Shown here piece by piece: positions 1 through 9,337 of a stretch of DNA of 64,000 bases. The stretch is taken from the NCBI GenBank assembly GCA_044352465.1, contig JBILDU010000001.1, positions 84,211 through 148,210 of the forward strand. The letters are read 5' to 3'. The translations under genes were made by a program, and so were the position numbers. The DNA comes from Bdellovibrionota bacterium. Its GTDB lineage: Bacteria > Bdellovibrionota_C > UBA2361. Every line of letters begins with the position of its first letter. Within the stretch, counting starts at the first letter, position 1. The notes under the pieces were generated by a model, which had not been told where the DNA came from, did no database searches, and was given only the letters and a program-made list of their open reading frames with translations.

Positions 1-6
1 AGGATT

Positions 7-663
7 ATGAGTAGCTCTCACGCTCACGAAGTCACGAGTGGACCTCCACACGTGCACCACATGGACGCGCCAACGGCCTATTCGTCGGCGAAGCTCGGCA
101 TGTGGCTCTTCCTCGCAACTGAGGTCCTCCTCTTCGGTGGTCTTTTCGCCGCGTTCGCCCTATATCGGTGGATGTATCTCGAGGAGTTTCACCATGCGAG
201 TAAGCAGCTCAACTGGATGCTCGGTATGCTCAATACCGGAGTCCTCATCTTCTCAAGTTATACCGCGGCGCTCGCTGTGGATGCGGCGCAACGTAACGAC
301 AACAAGCGAGTCTCAAAGCTTCTCCTGACGACCATCATCTGCGGTGGCATCTTCTTGGTGGTGAAGTTCTTCGAGTACAAGGCGAAATACGAGCACGGGT
401 ACTTCCCAGGCCTCGAGACCTTTAATAGCCCTGAGTTCAACTCAAGCTACAAGATGTTCTTCGGGCTCTATTACTGCATGACGGCTCTCCACGGCCTTCA
501 CGTCATCCTCGGTATTGGTGTTCTCTACTGGGCGTATCGAATGGCCAAACGCAACCGCTTCTCGAGGGAGTATTACACTCCGGTGGAGATGGGCGCGCTC
601 TATTGGCACTTGGTCGACCTTATCTGGATCTATCTCTTCCCGCTTCTTTACCTCGTTGGGTAG
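7..663 (+). CDS. ctaE: cytochrome c oxidase subunit III
   Basis: 218 aa polytopic membrane protein with the conserved C-terminal HLVDLIWIYLFPLLYLVG-type motif of subunit III. AGGA RBS lies before the ATG at position 7. Confidence 0.85.
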   Translation: MSSSHAHEVTSGPPHVHHMDAPTAYSSAKLGMWLFLATEVLLFGGLFAAFALYRWMYLEEFHHASKQLNWMLGMLNTGVLIFSSYTAALAVDAAQRNDNKRVSKLLLTTIICGGIFLVVKFFEYKAKYEHGYFPGLETFNSPEFNSSYKMFFGLYYCMTALHGLHVILGIGVLYWAYRMAKRNRFSREYYTPVEMGALYWHLVDLIWIYLFPLLYLVG

Positions 664-694
664 TCGGACGAAGAAAATTTTTTAGGAGCAGATC

Positions 695-1117
695 ATGAGT
701 TCTCACAGCCACTCCCACGCAGGACACGATGGCCATCACGACGGACCGGGGCACGTGCTTGACCGAAAGATTTATAACCGAGTCTTCGGTGCTCTGCTTA
801 TATTGACGGTGATCACCGTTGCGGCGTCGCGAGTCGATTTCGGAATGTTGAACCTTGTCGTAGCGATGATCATCGCTTCAATCAAGGCCGGAATCGTGGC
901 GCTCTTCTTCATGCATTTAAAGTATGAGGATAAGCTTACCTGGTTGTTCGTCTTTTTTCCGATACTGCTCCTCTTCACCCTCATCGGTGGTGTCTTCACC
1001 GACAACCCCCTCCGCGCAAAGCCAGAGCCGGTAAAGGTCGTGGATACCTTGAAGCAAGGTGGGGAAGTGAAGGCCCCAATGGCTCCGCCCGCGCCAGAGA
1101 GCTCGATGGCGCACTAA
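695..1117 (+). CDS. cytochrome c oxidase subunit IV (bacterial CoxD/CtaF-like small membrane subunit)
   Basis: 140 aa, His-rich N-terminus, two or three TM helices, FFMHLKYE motif typical of prokaryotic oxidase subunit IV. Sits immediately downstream of subunit III. Confidence 0.7.
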   Translation: MSSHSHSHAGHDGHHDGPGHVLDRKIYNRVFGALLILTVITVAASRVDFGMLNLVVAMIIASIKAGIVALFFMHLKYEDKLTWLFVFFPILLLFTLIGGVFTDNPLRAKPEPVKVVDTLKQGGEVKAPMAPPAPESSMAH

Positions 1118-1141
1118 CAGTGCATGCCGGCGGATTAAAAT

Positions 1142-1168
1142 GGGGCCCTTGAGGCCCCGTTTTTTTGT
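1142..1168. terminator. bidirectional Rho-independent terminator between the cox operon (+) and glyQS (-)
   Basis: Perfect hairpin GGGGCCCTTGAGGCCCC followed by a T7 run on the + strand. The reverse strand has TTTTAAT after the stem. Confidence 0.7.
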
Positions 1169-1271
1169 CTTTTGGGCGGTTTACAAACGCGGAGGCTCGG
1201 CGTGCTCGTGCGCACCGATTCTGCAGACGGTAAGAGGAAAATTATTGCAACGGAGATTCGTTACCGCCTCT

Positions 1272-2786
1272 TTAAGCGTTTTCGACCCGTTGCTTCACCG
1301 TCTCAAGGGCGGCAGCGATCTTGATACGTTCTTGTTTTGTTGTGTTCCGATCGCGGATCGTCACGCACTCGTCTTTTAAGGTTTCCCCATCAACGGTGAG
1401 GCAATACGGGGTTCCGATCTCGTCGTGGCGGGCGTAGCGCTTGCCGATGCTCTGCTGTTCATCGTAGCTCGCGTTGAGGCCAGCTTTGTGGAAATCGGCG
1501 ACGATTTTACGGGCCGCCTCGGGCATCCCATCTTTCTTCGTCAGTGGTAGCACCGCCGCTTTATACGGCGCGAGCTTCGGGTTGAGCTTCAAGACTACCC
1601 GCGTCTTTTCTTGCCCGTCGGCGTCGATACCTTTCTCTTCGGCGTAGGCATCGATAAGGAAGACGAGCACTCCGCGGGTAAGGCCCGCCGCGGGCTCAAT
1701 CACGTACGGGGTGTAACGCCACCCCGGCTTGCCGGTCGCCGGGTCGTTCTTTTGTTGATCGAAGTAGCTGAGTTTTACTCCTGAAGCTTCGGCATGCTTC
1801 GCCAGATCGTAATCGGTGCGTGAAGCTACTCCTTCCAGCTCTCCCCAGCCCCACGGATAGGCGTATTCGATGTCGTAGCAGTTGTCGGCATAATGAGCGA
1901 GCTCATCAGCGGCGTGTTGCCGTAATCGGAAGCCGTCCTTGCTGTTCGCCAGGCTTTGCCACCAATTCATACGAGCGTCCTTCCAGTAGTCGAGCCACTG
2001 AGCTTGAGTGCCCGGCTCGCAGAAGAACTCCATCTCCATCTGCTCAAATTCGCACGAGCGAAAGATAAAGTGTTCGGTCGTAATTTCGTTACGGAAGGAT
2101 TTGCCGATCTGGGCGATACCAAACGGTACCTTCATCGACATCGATTGCTGTACGTTATTAAACTGCACGAACATCGCCTGAGCAGTTTCAGGTCGTAGGT
2201 ACACGGCCGACGGCTGAATCGCCGCCTCAAGCTTGGCTCGAAGCTCCCCTCGGGGAATCGCCTTGTCCGCGATCTGATCCAAGATGCTATCGAGCGGGTC
2301 GACCGGCCCTAAGGCAGTGCGGAACATGAGGTTAAACTGCCGCTCATCGGAGAGCTCTCCGGCGCCGCAATGGGGGCATACATATCCTCGCGCCGGCACC
2401 GTGCCAGCGACGAGCTGCCCGCCTTTCTTGCCCCCCTTGGGAAAGGATATCTTCGTTCCTGGCTCTGCTTTCGGAGCCTTGTCAGCGCGGAAGCGCTCCT
2501 TACAGTTTAAACAATCAACGAGTGGGTCGGAGAAACCTGCAAGGTGACCGCTCGTTTTCCAGACGGTGGGGTGCATAATGATTGAGCCGTCCATTCCCAC
2601 GATGTCTTCCCGCTCGTGGACCATGGCGCGCCACCATTGGGCGGCGATGTTACGCTTAAGCTCCGCCCCAAGGGGACCGTAGTCGAAGGAGCTCTTTAAT
2701 CCCCCGTAGATCTCACTACTCTGAAAAACGAAGCCGCGTCGTTTACAGAGGGAGATTACTTTGGTCATCAGATCGAGTTCGGACAT
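1272..2786 (-). CDS. glyQS: glycyl-tRNA synthetase, class II homodimeric GlyQS type
   Basis: ORF 1272..3179. The true start is the internal ATG (MSELDLMTKV...) at 2786. The N-terminus (SSEIYGGLKSSFDYGPLGAELKRNI) and Zn-finger-like CxxC...CPHCG insertion are typical of bacterial GlyQS. Confidence 0.88.
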   Translation of the reverse strand: MSELDLMTKVISLCKRRGFVFQSSEIYGGLKSSFDYGPLGAELKRNIAAQWWRAMVHEREDIVGMDGSIIMHPTVWKTSGHLAGFSDPLVDCLNCKERFRADKAPKAEPGTKISFPKGGKKGGQLVAGTVPARGYVCPHCGAGELSDERQFNLMFRTALGPVDPLDSILDQIADKAIPRGELRAKLEAAIQPSAVYLRPETAQAMFVQFNNVQQSMSMKVPFGIAQIGKSFRNEITTEHFIFRSCEFEQMEMEFFCEPGTQAQWLDYWKDARMNWWQSLANSKDGFRLRQHAADELAHYADNCYDIEYAYPWGWGELEGVASRTDYDLAKHAEASGVKLSYFDQQKNDPATGKPGWRYTPYVIEPAAGLTRGVLVFLIDAYAEEKGIDADGQEKTRVVLKLNPKLAPYKAAVLPLTKKDGMPEAARKIVADFHKAGLNASYDEQQSIGKRYARHDEIGTPYCLTVDGETLKDECVTIRDRNTTKQERIKIAAALETVKQRVENA

Positions 2787-2929
2787 AGGGCACCGTGAGG
2801 AAGGTAGTTGTAAGGCCCTCGTAAAATTGCACAAAAAGGCGAAAAAGGGAAGAAAACGAGGTGGTTGGGCGCTAGAAGGTGGTTTCGGAATAGGCTGCTG
2901 TGCAGGGAAGATTTGAGGGACAGCGCCAC

Positions 2930-4453
2930 TCATGGTGGGCTGACGACGTTGCGACCGAAGTGGTCCCGTTCGCACGCAGTGCGGTGCAGGTATCGCAGAA
3001 CCGCTTCGACCGACCGCTCGAGATCCCCCGAGGTGTCGAGCGTATACCAATGCTCCGGCTGCGGCGGAGCTGTGTACTGCCGTTCGACCACCCCACGGTG
3101 AGCGTTTGAAGCATCGTTGGTGCGGTGACACACCCTTTGTAGCGCCACTTCTTTGGGCACAACACACCAGATTCCGCAAAAGGGGAGACCGTAATCCAAC
3201 GCTACCTGCGCGCTCATTTCACGTTGATACCGTTCTCGATGCACCCCATCGAGCACGATCACCCCACCTCGCGGTAACGCATGGCGGGCTCGTTCACTGA
3301 GCCCCCGGTAGACCGCCTGTGAAACAGCCTCGGTATAGGCCGATTCGGGCGCGGTTTCGAGTGGTCTTAAGCCGAGAATATGCTTCCGCACCACATCCGT
3401 GCGCACGACGATCCCACCGAGTCGGGTAGCGATCGCCCGAGCGAGGGTCGTTTTGCCGCTCCCCGAGAGCCCCCCGATAGCGATAATTCGTGACGGGGGG
3501 TGGGTAAGGGATTCGCTCGCTGTGTCGAGGTATCGATCGACTAACGTATGATCCTCGGCGTCAGCTCCCGCGATAAGATGTATCTTTGCCCGAATGAGGG
3601 CTCGATGTGCGCTGTAGAGGGAGAGCAGGGGAAGGCCGGCGAAATCGTCGCTCTCCTCAAGGTAGAGATTGATCGCCAGGGTCGCAAGCTCACGGAGGCC
3701 GTGCGCGCTCAGGTCCATCGTGAGAAATCCGATATCCGACCAGACATCTCCGCTTCCGAGTTCGGTGCTAAACTCGATACCGTCGAACGGCGTCGGTTCC
3801 TTATCGAGAAAGGTAATATTGTTGAGGTGAAGGTCGCCATGAATCGCCCGGACATGGGTCGTGCGGCGTGACTCGATGAGTGCGTGGTGGCGCTCGAGCT
3901 CGTATTCGAGTCGACCGGTAAGATCTTCGATGAGACGAGCGCGGTGGTGTCTCGGAATCTCCGCGATATTTTGGAGGATCTGTTGCCGAATCGTGGCGAA
4001 ATTACCCCATTCGGGGCGAATATCGGCGAGACGGTGGAAAGCTGCGACCCGGCATATGAGGGCGCCGATATCGTTGGGGGTGAGCGCTCGCCGAATGGCG
4101 CGCTTACTCCAAAGATCCTCATCGGAAAAGCGGCGCATCTTGAGTCCGTATTCGACGATCTCACCTCGCCCTTCGATATTATACTCGCCGCCCTCGAGTC
4201 CGATCGCGATGATACCACCGTAGAGCGTTGGAGCGTAACGTCGATTCAGCTCTAGTTCCCGTTCGCACATCGCCTGACGGACGGAGCGGGAGCGGAAATC
4301 GAGAAAGGGAAGGCGGACCGCTTTTTTGAACTTATAAGCGGTGTCGGCGGCTAAAAATATGTCTGAGATGTGGGTTTCGATATGGCGGACCCCCGTTACT
4401 CCCGGCCCATAGCTGTGGGGGGTAAGAAGAAAGCGTTTAACCTCCGAATCCAT
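2930..4453 (-). CDS. bifunctional aminoglycoside-phosphotransferase-like kinase fused to a P-loop (AAA_33-type) kinase domain
   Basis: N-terminal APH/choline-kinase-like motifs (IHGDLHLNNI...D). C-terminal Walker A GLSGSGKTTLA followed by a kinase-like domain. Confidence 0.7.
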   Translation of the reverse strand: MDSEVKRFLLTPHSYGPGVTGVRHIETHISDIFLAADTAYKFKKAVRLPFLDFRSRSVRQAMCERELELNRRYAPTLYGGIIAIGLEGGEYNIEGRGEIVEYGLKMRRFSDEDLWSKRAIRRALTPNDIGALICRVAAFHRLADIRPEWGNFATIRQQILQNIAEIPRHHRARLIEDLTGRLEYELERHHALIESRRTTHVRAIHGDLHLNNITFLDKEPTPFDGIEFSTELGSGDVWSDIGFLTMDLSAHGLRELATLAINLYLEESDDFAGLPLLSLYSAHRALIRAKIHLIAGADAEDHTLVDRYLDTASESLTHPPSRIIAIGGLSGSGKTTLARAIATRLGGIVVRTDVVRKHILGLRPLETAPESAYTEAVSQAVYRGLSERARHALPRGGVIVLDGVHRERYQREMSAQVALDYGLPFCGIWCVVPKEVALQRVCHRTNDASNAHRGVVERQYTAPPQPEHWYTLDTSGDLERSVEAVLRYLHRTACERDHFGRNVVSPP

Positions 4454-4769
4454 CGCTAAAATATCGCAGTCGTTCGTCTTTTACGGTACCGGGACGATCA
4501 TACCCCTACAGCAAACTGAACCGAGTGCCCCAACCGAAGGGGGGCTTCCCCCAAGAGTAGGTTTGGGGGGGCGGAGTAGTCGTGCAATGAAAAATTTCAG
4601 CGGTTGTGTTATGATTCGGGGATGGCGAAGTGCGGGGGGATTTCAAAAATGCCTTCGCGACGCTCCATAAACAGGCAGCACAAACGCCGCTGGTGTTTGG
4701 AGCGATTCATACCGAGGCCCAGGTAGGCGGTTCGGGTGACCACTGGAGCATCAACAAGAGATAATCCGT

Positions 4770-5510
4770 ATGCACGTTCTTTGCCTCCACGGAAATTTCG
4801 GTGCCCCGGAGGATTGGGATGCTCTCACGGCTACATTGGCGCGGGGGGTTAAAGGAGCCACGTTCGAGGCGCCCAATCTATGGGCGCTTGACCCGGCTGA
4901 GCCAATTGAAGAGCTTGCTCACCGCATCGTGACCGCAAAGGGGGCTGGAAGGCAGGTCTTCGTGATGGGGTATTCGCTTGGGGGCCGCTTGGCGCTGGAG
5001 CTTTTAGCCCGGCGGGAAACGCCGCTCGATGGAGCGATACTCTGCTCAGTCAATCCTGGGCTTAGTGAACCCGCTGTCAGACGCGATCGACTTGCGAGCG
5101 ATGCGCGCTGGGCCGATAAAGTGGCGGATCTCGCGAACCCGTGGCGAAATGTTGTTACTGAGTGGAATGGACAAGCCGTCTTCGCTGGCTCAGCTCCCCG
5201 TCCCAGTGTTTCCTTTGCCTCCGCCGAGCAAGAACGAAAGGTGCGGAGTGCTATCGCGCGAGGCTTTCGAGAGTGGTCGCTCGGTGCCTTGCCCTCTCGG
5301 TGGTCAACCCTTGAGAAAGTGCGATGTCCGGTACTTTGTCTTGCGGGTGAGCATGATACAAAGTTTCGGTTGCTCCTCGATACTATCGAACGTTTTCCCA
5401 ACCCCCGAATCGTTTGTGGTGTTGTCCCAGGGGCGGGACATCGGGTAATACTCGACAATCCCGAGGCTTGTGCCCTCCGCGCCGCGGTTTTTTTGACGCG
5501 CCATGAATAG
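4770..5510 (+). CDS. alpha/beta-hydrolase, possible MenH (SHCHC synthase)
   Basis: 246 aa. The nucleophile elbow GYSLGGR matches the MenH-type motif. A catalytic His lies near the C-terminus (GAGHRV). It sits about 6 kb from menF/menD, so the MenH assignment is an inference. Confidence 0.5.
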   Translation: MHVLCLHGNFGAPEDWDALTATLARGVKGATFEAPNLWALDPAEPIEELAHRIVTAKGAGRQVFVMGYSLGGRLALELLARRETPLDGAILCSVNPGLSEPAVRRDRLASDARWADKVADLANPWRNVVTEWNGQAVFAGSAPRPSVSFASAEQERKVRSAIARGFREWSLGALPSRWSTLEKVRCPVLCLAGEHDTKFRLLLDTIERFPNPRIVCGVVPGAGHRVILDNPEACALRAAVFLTRHE

Positions 5511-5561
5511 AGCATGAGAAAATCTTTGCTCTTTTGATTAAAAGCGCTCTAAACATAGCCC

Positions 5562-5963
5562 ATGATACGTAAAGCATCGACCGACGATATCCCCGCCATC
5601 GTGGCGCTGGTGAGCGCCCATTTAGGCACCCTTTTGCCTCGAACATATGAGGATTACATTGAGCTGCTCCCGCTCACCTGGGTAGCGACCGACGGTGGAC
5701 GAGTGGTCGGAAGTTGTGTTCTCGAGGTCTATAGCTCAAAGATCGCCGAGATTCGGTCCTTCGTTGTCGATAAGGAATATCGTAGCCAAGGATTTGGTAA
5801 GGGGCTCATAGAGGCGGCGGTCGCGGAGGCACGAAGTCGCCATATCCACGAGATTATGGTTGTCACTTCGAGTCCTCAGTATTTTGAAAAATTAAATTTT
5901 GGAGCGTGCCTCGGGGAGAAATACGCTCTTTTTTGGAACGGCCAGAAGAAGGTCGAGTCGTGA
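5562..5963 (+). CDS. GNAT family N-acetyltransferase, candidate short-form N-acetylglutamate synthase
   Basis: 133 aa with an acetyl-CoA binding motif (RSQGFGKGLIEAA). Its stop overlaps the argC GTG start (GTGA). Confidence 0.55.
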   Translation: MIRKASTDDIPAIVALVSAHLGTLLPRTYEDYIELLPLTWVATDGGRVVGSCVLEVYSSKIAEIRSFVVDKEYRSQGFGKGLIEAAVAEARSRHIHEIMVVTSSPQYFEKLNFGACLGEKYALFWNGQKKVES

Positions 5964-7000
5964 AGCCGTGCGGGGTTATCATCATTGGAGGGAGCGGCTA
6001 CGGAGCTGGTGAGCTCCTCCGTTTATTATCTCTCCACCCCTCGATAGAAGTGTGCGGAGTGGTTTCCCGCTCGCATGCGGGTGCCGCGGTCGATTCGGTC
6101 CATACTCACCTCACCGGCATAACGAAACTTTCTTTTCAAAGCGATCCGCCACTTCAAGATCTGCGCCGATTCAAGAAGAGTGCGGTGATTTTAGCGATGC
6201 CGAGTGGCCAGGCAGTTGGAGCTATCGCGCAGCTCCGCCGTGCGGGATTGGCTGAGGAGGTAACGATTCTTGATCTGTCGGGGGACCTCCGTCTGAGAGA
6301 TGAAGCTACCCATTCGCGCTTTTACCCAGAGGCGCCGTTTGCGCCCGATATTCGGCGTACCTTTTGCTACGGACTTCCCGAACTCTCTGATGAGCGTCGA
6401 TCGCAGATCGCAAATCCAGGATGTCTCGCGACCGCTGCGATCCTCGCGCTCGCCCCGTTTGCTTCAGGGGCGTTCGTCGGTTCGATCGTCATCGATGCCA
6501 AGACGGGCACATCGGGGGCTGGGCGGGAGCCGCAAGCTTCGATGCACCATCCCGCCCGAGCGAGCGATTTCACCGCATACAAGGCGCTCCAGCACCGGCA
6601 TGAGCCCGAGATAGTTCAGGCGTTCGGCGGCGATTTTCAGCGGCGGCATCCCCTGATGTTTGTGCCGCACCTCATCCCGGTACCGCGAGGGATCTTTGTA
6701 ACGGTCTATGGAGAGCTTTCCGAGCTGTCGACAGCTGAGGAGGTTTCGGCTCGGGTACGAGAGTTCTATCGTTCGTCCCGATTTATCCGGGTACGCCCGA
6801 CACCCCCTCGGCTCGTTGATGTCGTCGGGACGAATTTCTGTGATATCGCGGTGTCGGTTCGCGGGCGTCAGATAGTGGTGATGACGGCGATAGATAACCT
6901 GGGGAAAGGTATGGCCGGCCAAGCCATTCAGAATCTCAATCGGGCATTCGATCTGCCGGAGGACCTCGGTCTGCTCGGGACGGCTCTTGGCCCGGTATAG
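5960..7000 (+). CDS. argC: N-acetyl-gamma-glutamyl-phosphate reductase
   Basis: Rossmann motif IIGGSGYGAGELLRLL near the N-terminus. Active-site Cys lies in the NPGCLATAAILAL motif. The GTG start at 5960 is inferred; the ORF track opens at 5906. Confidence 0.85.
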   Translation: MKPCGVIIIGGSGYGAGELLRLLSLHPSIEVCGVVSRSHAGAAVDSVHTHLTGITKLSFQSDPPLQDLRRFKKSAVILAMPSGQAVGAIAQLRRAGLAEEVTILDLSGDLRLRDEATHSRFYPEAPFAPDIRRTFCYGLPELSDERRSQIANPGCLATAAILALAPFASGAFVGSIVIDAKTGTSGAGREPQASMHHPARASDFTAYKALQHRHEPEIVQAFGGDFQRRHPLMFVPHLIPVPRGIFVTVYGELSELSTAEEVSARVREFYRSSRFIRVRPTPPRLVDVVGTNFCDIAVSVRGRQIVVMTAIDNLGKGMAGQAIQNLNRAFDLPEDLGLLGTALGPV

Positions 7001-7022
7001 GCGCACGGTCACCGAGGGCTTC

Positions 7023-7922
7023 CTAACGGATCGTCGCCCTCTCGAGGCCAACACTAAAGAGCGGATCGACGATCTCTCCTGTCTGGAACTGCGGAGCGGA
7101 CGACTGAGTTATTCGAACGGTGATATCGACCTCGGCATCTCGACCGGTCGGTAATCCGCTCACCACGAAGCTCCCACGGTTTTTGCCGAAACGAACCGCG
7201 ACCCGTATCCTCGCCGAGCTCGTTCGGACGAGTAGCGAAAACCGACCGTTCCCCCCAGAAACTACCGATCCACTTCCAGCAACCGAGAGACGGACGTTCG
7301 GTACCGGCGAGCCGATTTGATTTACCACTCTTCCTCGAATCGAGTGCTCTCGTTCCCCCGACACACCGTTCGGTGTTCCGATCGGCCGGGGGGTTGGGCC
7401 CGCCGTTGGATGTGGCGTCGGGCGTGGACCGGAGTCGTCCACCGTCACATCGGTGACGATACCGGAGACGAGATCGATCGTAATCGAAAACTCGATCGGT
7501 GTCGTTTGGTCTCCAGGAGAGAGGCCGGTGAGGGTAGCGGAACCCTCAAATCCCTCCCGCTCGATAAGCAGTCGTGCCGCGCCGTCTTCCACAACCACCT
7601 CAAGGGCGAACCTCCCCTGGTCGTCGGTAGTAGTCGAATCTCCCGTCTCAAGCTGTGTTACCGTGGCGCCGGGGACCGTTCCTCCCGATGTATCGACCAC
7701 CGTTCCGACGACGAGCGTCTTTAACTGGTCGCCGGTGCCGCGGGTGCCACCACCGCAGCCAACGAGACCACAAGTGAGGATGAAAGTCGCGAGGATCGCG
7801 GTAAGAAAACCCCAAAACTGATGCCACGACGATCGCTGGAGCGAAGAGCGAACCAGCATTCGATCAATAAAACTATCGCGGCCTTCGCCGGGCACAGTGT
7901 TCCTGAACGTTCCTCGGTTCAA
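7023..7922 (-). CDS. lipoprotein with carboxypeptidase-regulatory-like (transthyretin-fold) domains
   Basis: Signal peptide with lipobox LTCGLVGC. Two GxVxDxxGxPVxxA...GxFxL modules and a Pro/Thr linker. Its start overlaps the upstream gene stop (ATGA). An alternative start is at 7859. Confidence 0.55.
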   Translation of the reverse strand: MNRGTFRNTVPGEGRDSFIDRMLVRSSLQRSSWHQFWGFLTAILATFILTCGLVGCGGGTRGTGDQLKTLVVGTVVDTSGGTVPGATVTQLETGDSTTTDDQGRFALEVVVEDGAARLLIEREGFEGSATLTGLSPGDQTTPIEFSITIDLVSGIVTDVTVDDSGPRPTPHPTAGPTPRPIGTPNGVSGEREHSIRGRVVNQIGSPVPNVRLSVAGSGSVVSGGNGRFSLLVRTSSARIRVAVRFGKNRGSFVVSGLPTGRDAEVDITVRITQSSAPQFQTGEIVDPLFSVGLERATIR

Positions 7923-8740
7923 TGCTCCTCCGTTTCGCTTTTCGGCGAGTGTATGGCGTTAAAGCTTGAAAATGATACTCGAGCGGTTTCGCCTTTGAAA
8001 CTCGGATCTGGATTCACGTCTTGGTCGAACTTAGCGAGCTCCGCTCGAGCACGGAGATGGAAGGCGTGACCCTCTCGCAAAAACCAGCTCTGGAGGTACT
8101 CAACCCCTTCGGGTCGAATCTTGTCGTACTCGGTGCGAAGGTGGTGTCGTGGGGGATTCGTTTCTTCGAAGACGTTCGCTTCGACGGTATCGGTTAGATC
8201 GCTCAAGTCTGCGGAGAGGATATCGGCCCCTTCGTCGATCTTCTGTGCTCCCCGTGGGATAAAGTTCTCGACGAGGAGGCGAACTCCACGGGGAGTTTGC
8301 TCAACAAACTTCATGCGTATCATCTCAAAGAGCACCGTCGCGGGGCCGATATCGCTACTTACCGAAGCGACCAGTTTCGCAAAGTCTCCCGTCTCCGACG
8401 TGAGCGACAAAACTTTGGGCACCCCGGGTTTCGTTGAGAAGCGACGATCCATTCGCCACTGATTGATTATCCGAAATATAAGATTCGATTGCTCACGCTT
8501 CGGTGGGGTTCCTTGCAGGAGCCGATCGATATCGCGTCGCTGTAGACCGGTGATAACGCTGAGGCGGCTGCGGGTTACCTTCGCATTCTGTTTTTGGAGC
8601 TCTTCTTCCGCTACCGACAAGAACTCCGCTTTGAAGCAATCGATAACGTCCTGCACTTTGAGAGCGTGCCGCGCGCAGAACCGCGCCGCCGGGCGAAGTA
8701 ACGCCCGAAGGAGGGGACGAATGGTGCTCTCAGCGTTCAT
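7919..8740 (-). CDS. hypothetical cytoplasmic protein, possible HTH regulator
   Basis: 273 aa with no signal peptide. The N-terminal segment TRSRLSVITGLQRRDIDRLL resembles a helix-turn-helix. It is translationally coupled to the downstream lipoprotein gene. Confidence 0.4.
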   Translation of the reverse strand: MNAESTIRPLLRALLRPAARFCARHALKVQDVIDCFKAEFLSVAEEELQKQNAKVTRSRLSVITGLQRRDIDRLLQGTPPKREQSNLIFRIINQWRMDRRFSTKPGVPKVLSLTSETGDFAKLVASVSSDIGPATVLFEMIRMKFVEQTPRGVRLLVENFIPRGAQKIDEGADILSADLSDLTDTVEANVFEETNPPRHHLRTEYDKIRPEGVEYLQSWFLREGHAFHLRARAELAKFDQDVNPDPSFKGETARVSFSSFNAIHSPKSETEEH

Positions 8741-8775
8741 ACGTGGCTTTTACACTAGTATAGCATCATCCGATG

Positions 8776-8808
8776 TTAATTCAAATATTTGAATTAATTA
8801 TTAATTAA
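8776..8808. promoter_or_regulatory. AT-rich divergent promoter region containing a 22-bp perfect palindrome TTAATTCAAATATTTGAATTAA followed by TTATTAATTAA
   Basis: Read directly from the sequence. The region is strongly AT-rich relative to the genome. It lies between the divergent genes starting at 8740 (-) and 8926 (+). Confidence 0.5.
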
Positions 8809-8925
8809 ATTGAGAAAGACGTTGCATGAAAAAAGTATGTCACATTTTGGGCAAAAAGCCCAAAACTATGGTATGGTATCTGGAGTAGAAAGAAAAACCT
8901 AAACATGAGTAGAGGAGGAATCACT

Positions 8926-9336
8926 ATGAAGTTTTATCGAACGATTGCTGCAGCCCTAGCCGTAGCGATCTTTGGGGTGAACCCCGTCCGGGCCGCCCCG
9001 CTCATCTCGGTTTCAGGAGCGGTGTGCGATACAACGCGCGAGCGCTTATACGTAACTCCCCCGGATCCCGGCGTGGATCGGTGCACGCCGTCGGACCGTC
9101 GTTCTCGGGGGGTTAAGGTAACGGCGCGGAGCGAGAAAACGGGGCGAATCCTTGCTCAAACGAGGACGAGCAAAAACGGCGCTTTCGTGCTGAAGCTCCG
9201 CCCCGGAAGGTACGTCATCTTCGTCGAGAACGGAGGGTACTCTCTGACCGTTACACTCGGAAACAAGAGGATTCGGAACATCGACTTTATAAGGAACATC
9301 GTCTTCATCGCGGAAGATTCCGGCCGGACGTCTTGA
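8926..9336 (+). CDS. small secreted protein with a carboxypeptidase-regulatory-like domain
   Basis: Strong AGGAGG RBS before the ATG at 8926 (ORF track starts at 8905). Signal peptide MKFYRTIAAALAVAIFGVNPVRA. CarbopepD_reg-like motif VKVTARSEKTGRILA...NGAFVLKLRPGRYVIFV. Confidence 0.55.
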   Translation: MKFYRTIAAALAVAIFGVNPVRAAPLISVSGAVCDTTRERLYVTPPDPGVDRCTPSDRRSRGVKVTARSEKTGRILAQTRTSKNGAFVLKLRPGRYVIFVENGGYSLTVTLGNKRIRNIDFIRNIVFIAEDSGRTS

Positions 9337-9337
9337 T

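Noticed and set aside
1820-2547. Several plus-strand ORFs (1820..2068, 1956..2198, 2284..2547) inside glyQS
   Set aside because: They are antisense to a well-supported essential CDS. They are typical high-GC antisense open frames with Arg/Ser/Pro-rich low-complexity translations.
4454-4769. Looked for a tRNA or small RNA in the 316-bp gap between the divergent kinase and hydrolase genes (GGGGGG...CCCCC hairpin-like stretch)
   Set aside because: No T-arm GGTTCGAATCC-type motif or cloverleaf could be traced. I treat it as a divergent promoter region.
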